Positions 49,585-51,049 of a DNA stretch of 51,049 nt are shown here, one piece after another. The notes beneath the pieces were generated by a model that ran no database searches, was not told the DNA's origin, and saw nothing but the letters and a program-made list of their open reading frames with translations. Origin of the DNA: an uncultured archaeon (GTDB lineage: Archaea; Asgardarchaeota; Thorarchaeia; Thorarchaeales; Thorarchaeaceae); the NCBI GenBank assembly GCA_964590575.1, contig CAZPWM010000014.1, forward strand, positions 1 to 51,049, read 5' to 3'. A program made the translations under genes and the position numbers. Within the stretch, counting starts at the first letter, position 1. Every line of letters starts with the position of its first letter.

Positions 49585-51049
49585 GCAAGAAGAATAGTGC
49601 TCTAGATTTAGAAGCATTGGAGATGAGGGCACTAAAAGATCTCAAGAAAATATCGTATGATATAGATTCGCCAGACCTCAGCGTCATGTACGACGCTGTT
49701 GGCAGACTCGCTTCACATCCTACAAATAGGTCTCTTCTTCCTAAAGCCATGGAACTCCTCCATACGCAAGATCAAAATGTAAAGCAAGCAGCATTCATAG
49801 TAGCTGGAAGAAATGCATACGGACCTTACACATCTGAAATATTCTCTGTTTTGAAAATATTGAATCCTGTCGAAAGAGCACAAGTGCTTCAAGGGATTCA
49901 GGAGATGTTCTCTCAGACAGGAGGACCTGAGTCACCTAATGAACAAAAAAGCTGGATAGGAGCATTGGAGAACCTTGGAAAGGAGCACCAACCAACAGTT
50001 TTTGGTCTAATGAAGTTTCTTGGAGATCCAGGCCAAAGATGGGTTATCCGTCAAATCCGAGATGATATAGGCAATATGTCTCTTGGAGCAGTACCATCGC
50101 TCAGTGTCTTTTCAAAAGAAACACGTAAAAAAATGGTTAAACTTCTCTCGGATGTTGCATCAAAGAAGAGAAGAGATATGTTACCATATATATGTGGAAT
50201 AGTGGATCAAGCGACCTTTGGTTATCTCGCAGTTTTTCTCAAGGGGAGTAAATGGCAGGAACGGGTTGAGATTGCATCTGCAATATCCAAAGCCGGAATT
50301 ACATCTACAACAGGTTTCATAATGGAGCTAGTTGGTGATTCAAACTGGCAGGTAAAACAGGCACTCCTAGAAAACCTCAACATTGAGAATTCAAAGTTCC
50401 CAGCAATCTCCAAGATTCTCAGTTATTTGGTCAAGGAAACTCATACTCGAGTGAGGGGACAAGCTGAACGGACTCTACTTCTACTTGGTTCAATAGCATG
50501 TCATGACTCAACTCTCAAAGAACAAAGAAAGAAACTAGAAAAACAATACCGAACGCAAATTCTCAAAGCAGCTCTTGCAAACAAGGACCTAGAAGCAAGA
50601 TGGTTGGGTGTTGAGATTGAGAAAGATGATCCGATGCACGAGATCATGAAGAGAGTCACTGAGGAGGATGAGTCTGAGAAATTGGACCAGACAGCTGCTG
50701 AAGAACCTGTAGGAGTATCCCTTCTAGATCTTGCCACTCCTGCTTCTTCGGAAGATGAAGCAGCTTTAGCGGAAGAGGATAAATCAATACTTCTTAGTGC
50801 CCTTCTGGGCGCTCAGAAAAAATCGATAGCGGAACCTGAAGAAACAACTGGGATTGATTCTCAGGACATTCCTCTCGATCCAACAATTCCACCCGCAAGC
50901 AAGTTCCTTTTGCTATTGCAACGAATGGCAAAGGATGTTGGTAAAGATGTTCCAGTAAACGATTTGTTGTCGAAAGCAGAAAAATCTGGGATGAATGAGG
51001 ATGAGTTTGAAGAAGCAATGGATGAATTAGAGAAGCAGGGCATAATCTA
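49581..51049 (+). CDS. HEAT-repeat protein with acidic linker and MCM-type C-terminal winged helix (3'-truncated; absent from the ORF track)
   Basis: My translation from GTG 49581 (GTGA overlap) is open to the window end: DSNWQVKQALL, ETHTRVRGQA, then VPVNDLLSKAEKSGMNEDEFEEAMDELEKQGII. Confidence 0.82.
   Translation, partial: MSKKNSALDLEALEMRALKDLKKISYDIDSPDLSVMYDAVGRLASHPTNRSLLPKAMELLHTQDQNVKQAAFIVAGRNAYGPYTSEIFSVLKILNPVERAQVLQGIQEMFSQTGGPESPNEQKSWIGALENLGKEHQPTVFGLMKFLGDPGQRWVIRQIRDDIGNMSLGAVPSLSVFSKETRKKMVKLLSDVASKKRRDMLPYICGIVDQATFGYLAVFLKGSKWQERVEIASAISKAGITSTTGFIMELVGDSNWQVKQALLENLNIENSKFPAISKILSYLVKETHTRVRGQAERTLLLLGSIACHDSTLKEQRKKLEKQYRTQILKAALANKDLEARWLGVEIEKDDPMHEIMKRVTEEDESEKLDQTAAEEPVGVSLLDLATPASSEDEAALAEEDKSILLSALLGAQKKSIAEPEETTGIDSQDIPLDPTIPPASKFLLLLQRMAKDVGKDVPVNDLLSKAEKSGMNEDEFEEAMDELEKQGII

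Noticed and set aside
369-51043. Numerous antisense or alternate-frame ORFs in the track
   Set aside because: They are shadows of well-supported genes, including those opposite the uncalled 49581-51049 CDS.

Overview
Archaeal chromosomal window, most likely from an Asgard archaeon and probably Thorarchaeia. This is an inference from GGTGA/GAGGTG ribosome-binding sites, a DUF106 insertase, isoprenoid enzymes, many HEAT/TPR proteins and a bacterial-type PfkA. About 45 CDSs are present, mostly metabolic and transport genes: GGPP synthase, a LIV-type ABC/HEAT/acyl-CoA ligase operon with AbfD upstream, PfkA, CorA, peptidases and a GGR-like reductase. I recognised no rRNA, tRNA, CRISPR array or transposase. 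The most interesting signals are: (1) an AT-rich island (about 15.6-21.9 kb) with a 1202-aa SF2 helicase sandwiched between a membrane-anchored receiver and a PAS-PAS histidine kinase; (2) ten exact copies of a CGTKTAC motif in two short intergenic blocks near a 1.1-kb AT-rich gap, a possible origin or partition locus, one block of which also folds like a structured ncRNA; (3) a uORF plus anti-SD leader upstream of corA; and (4) an operon of a PIP-box protein and a HEAT protein with an MCM-like winged helix. All assignments come from motif recognition by eye; no searches were run.
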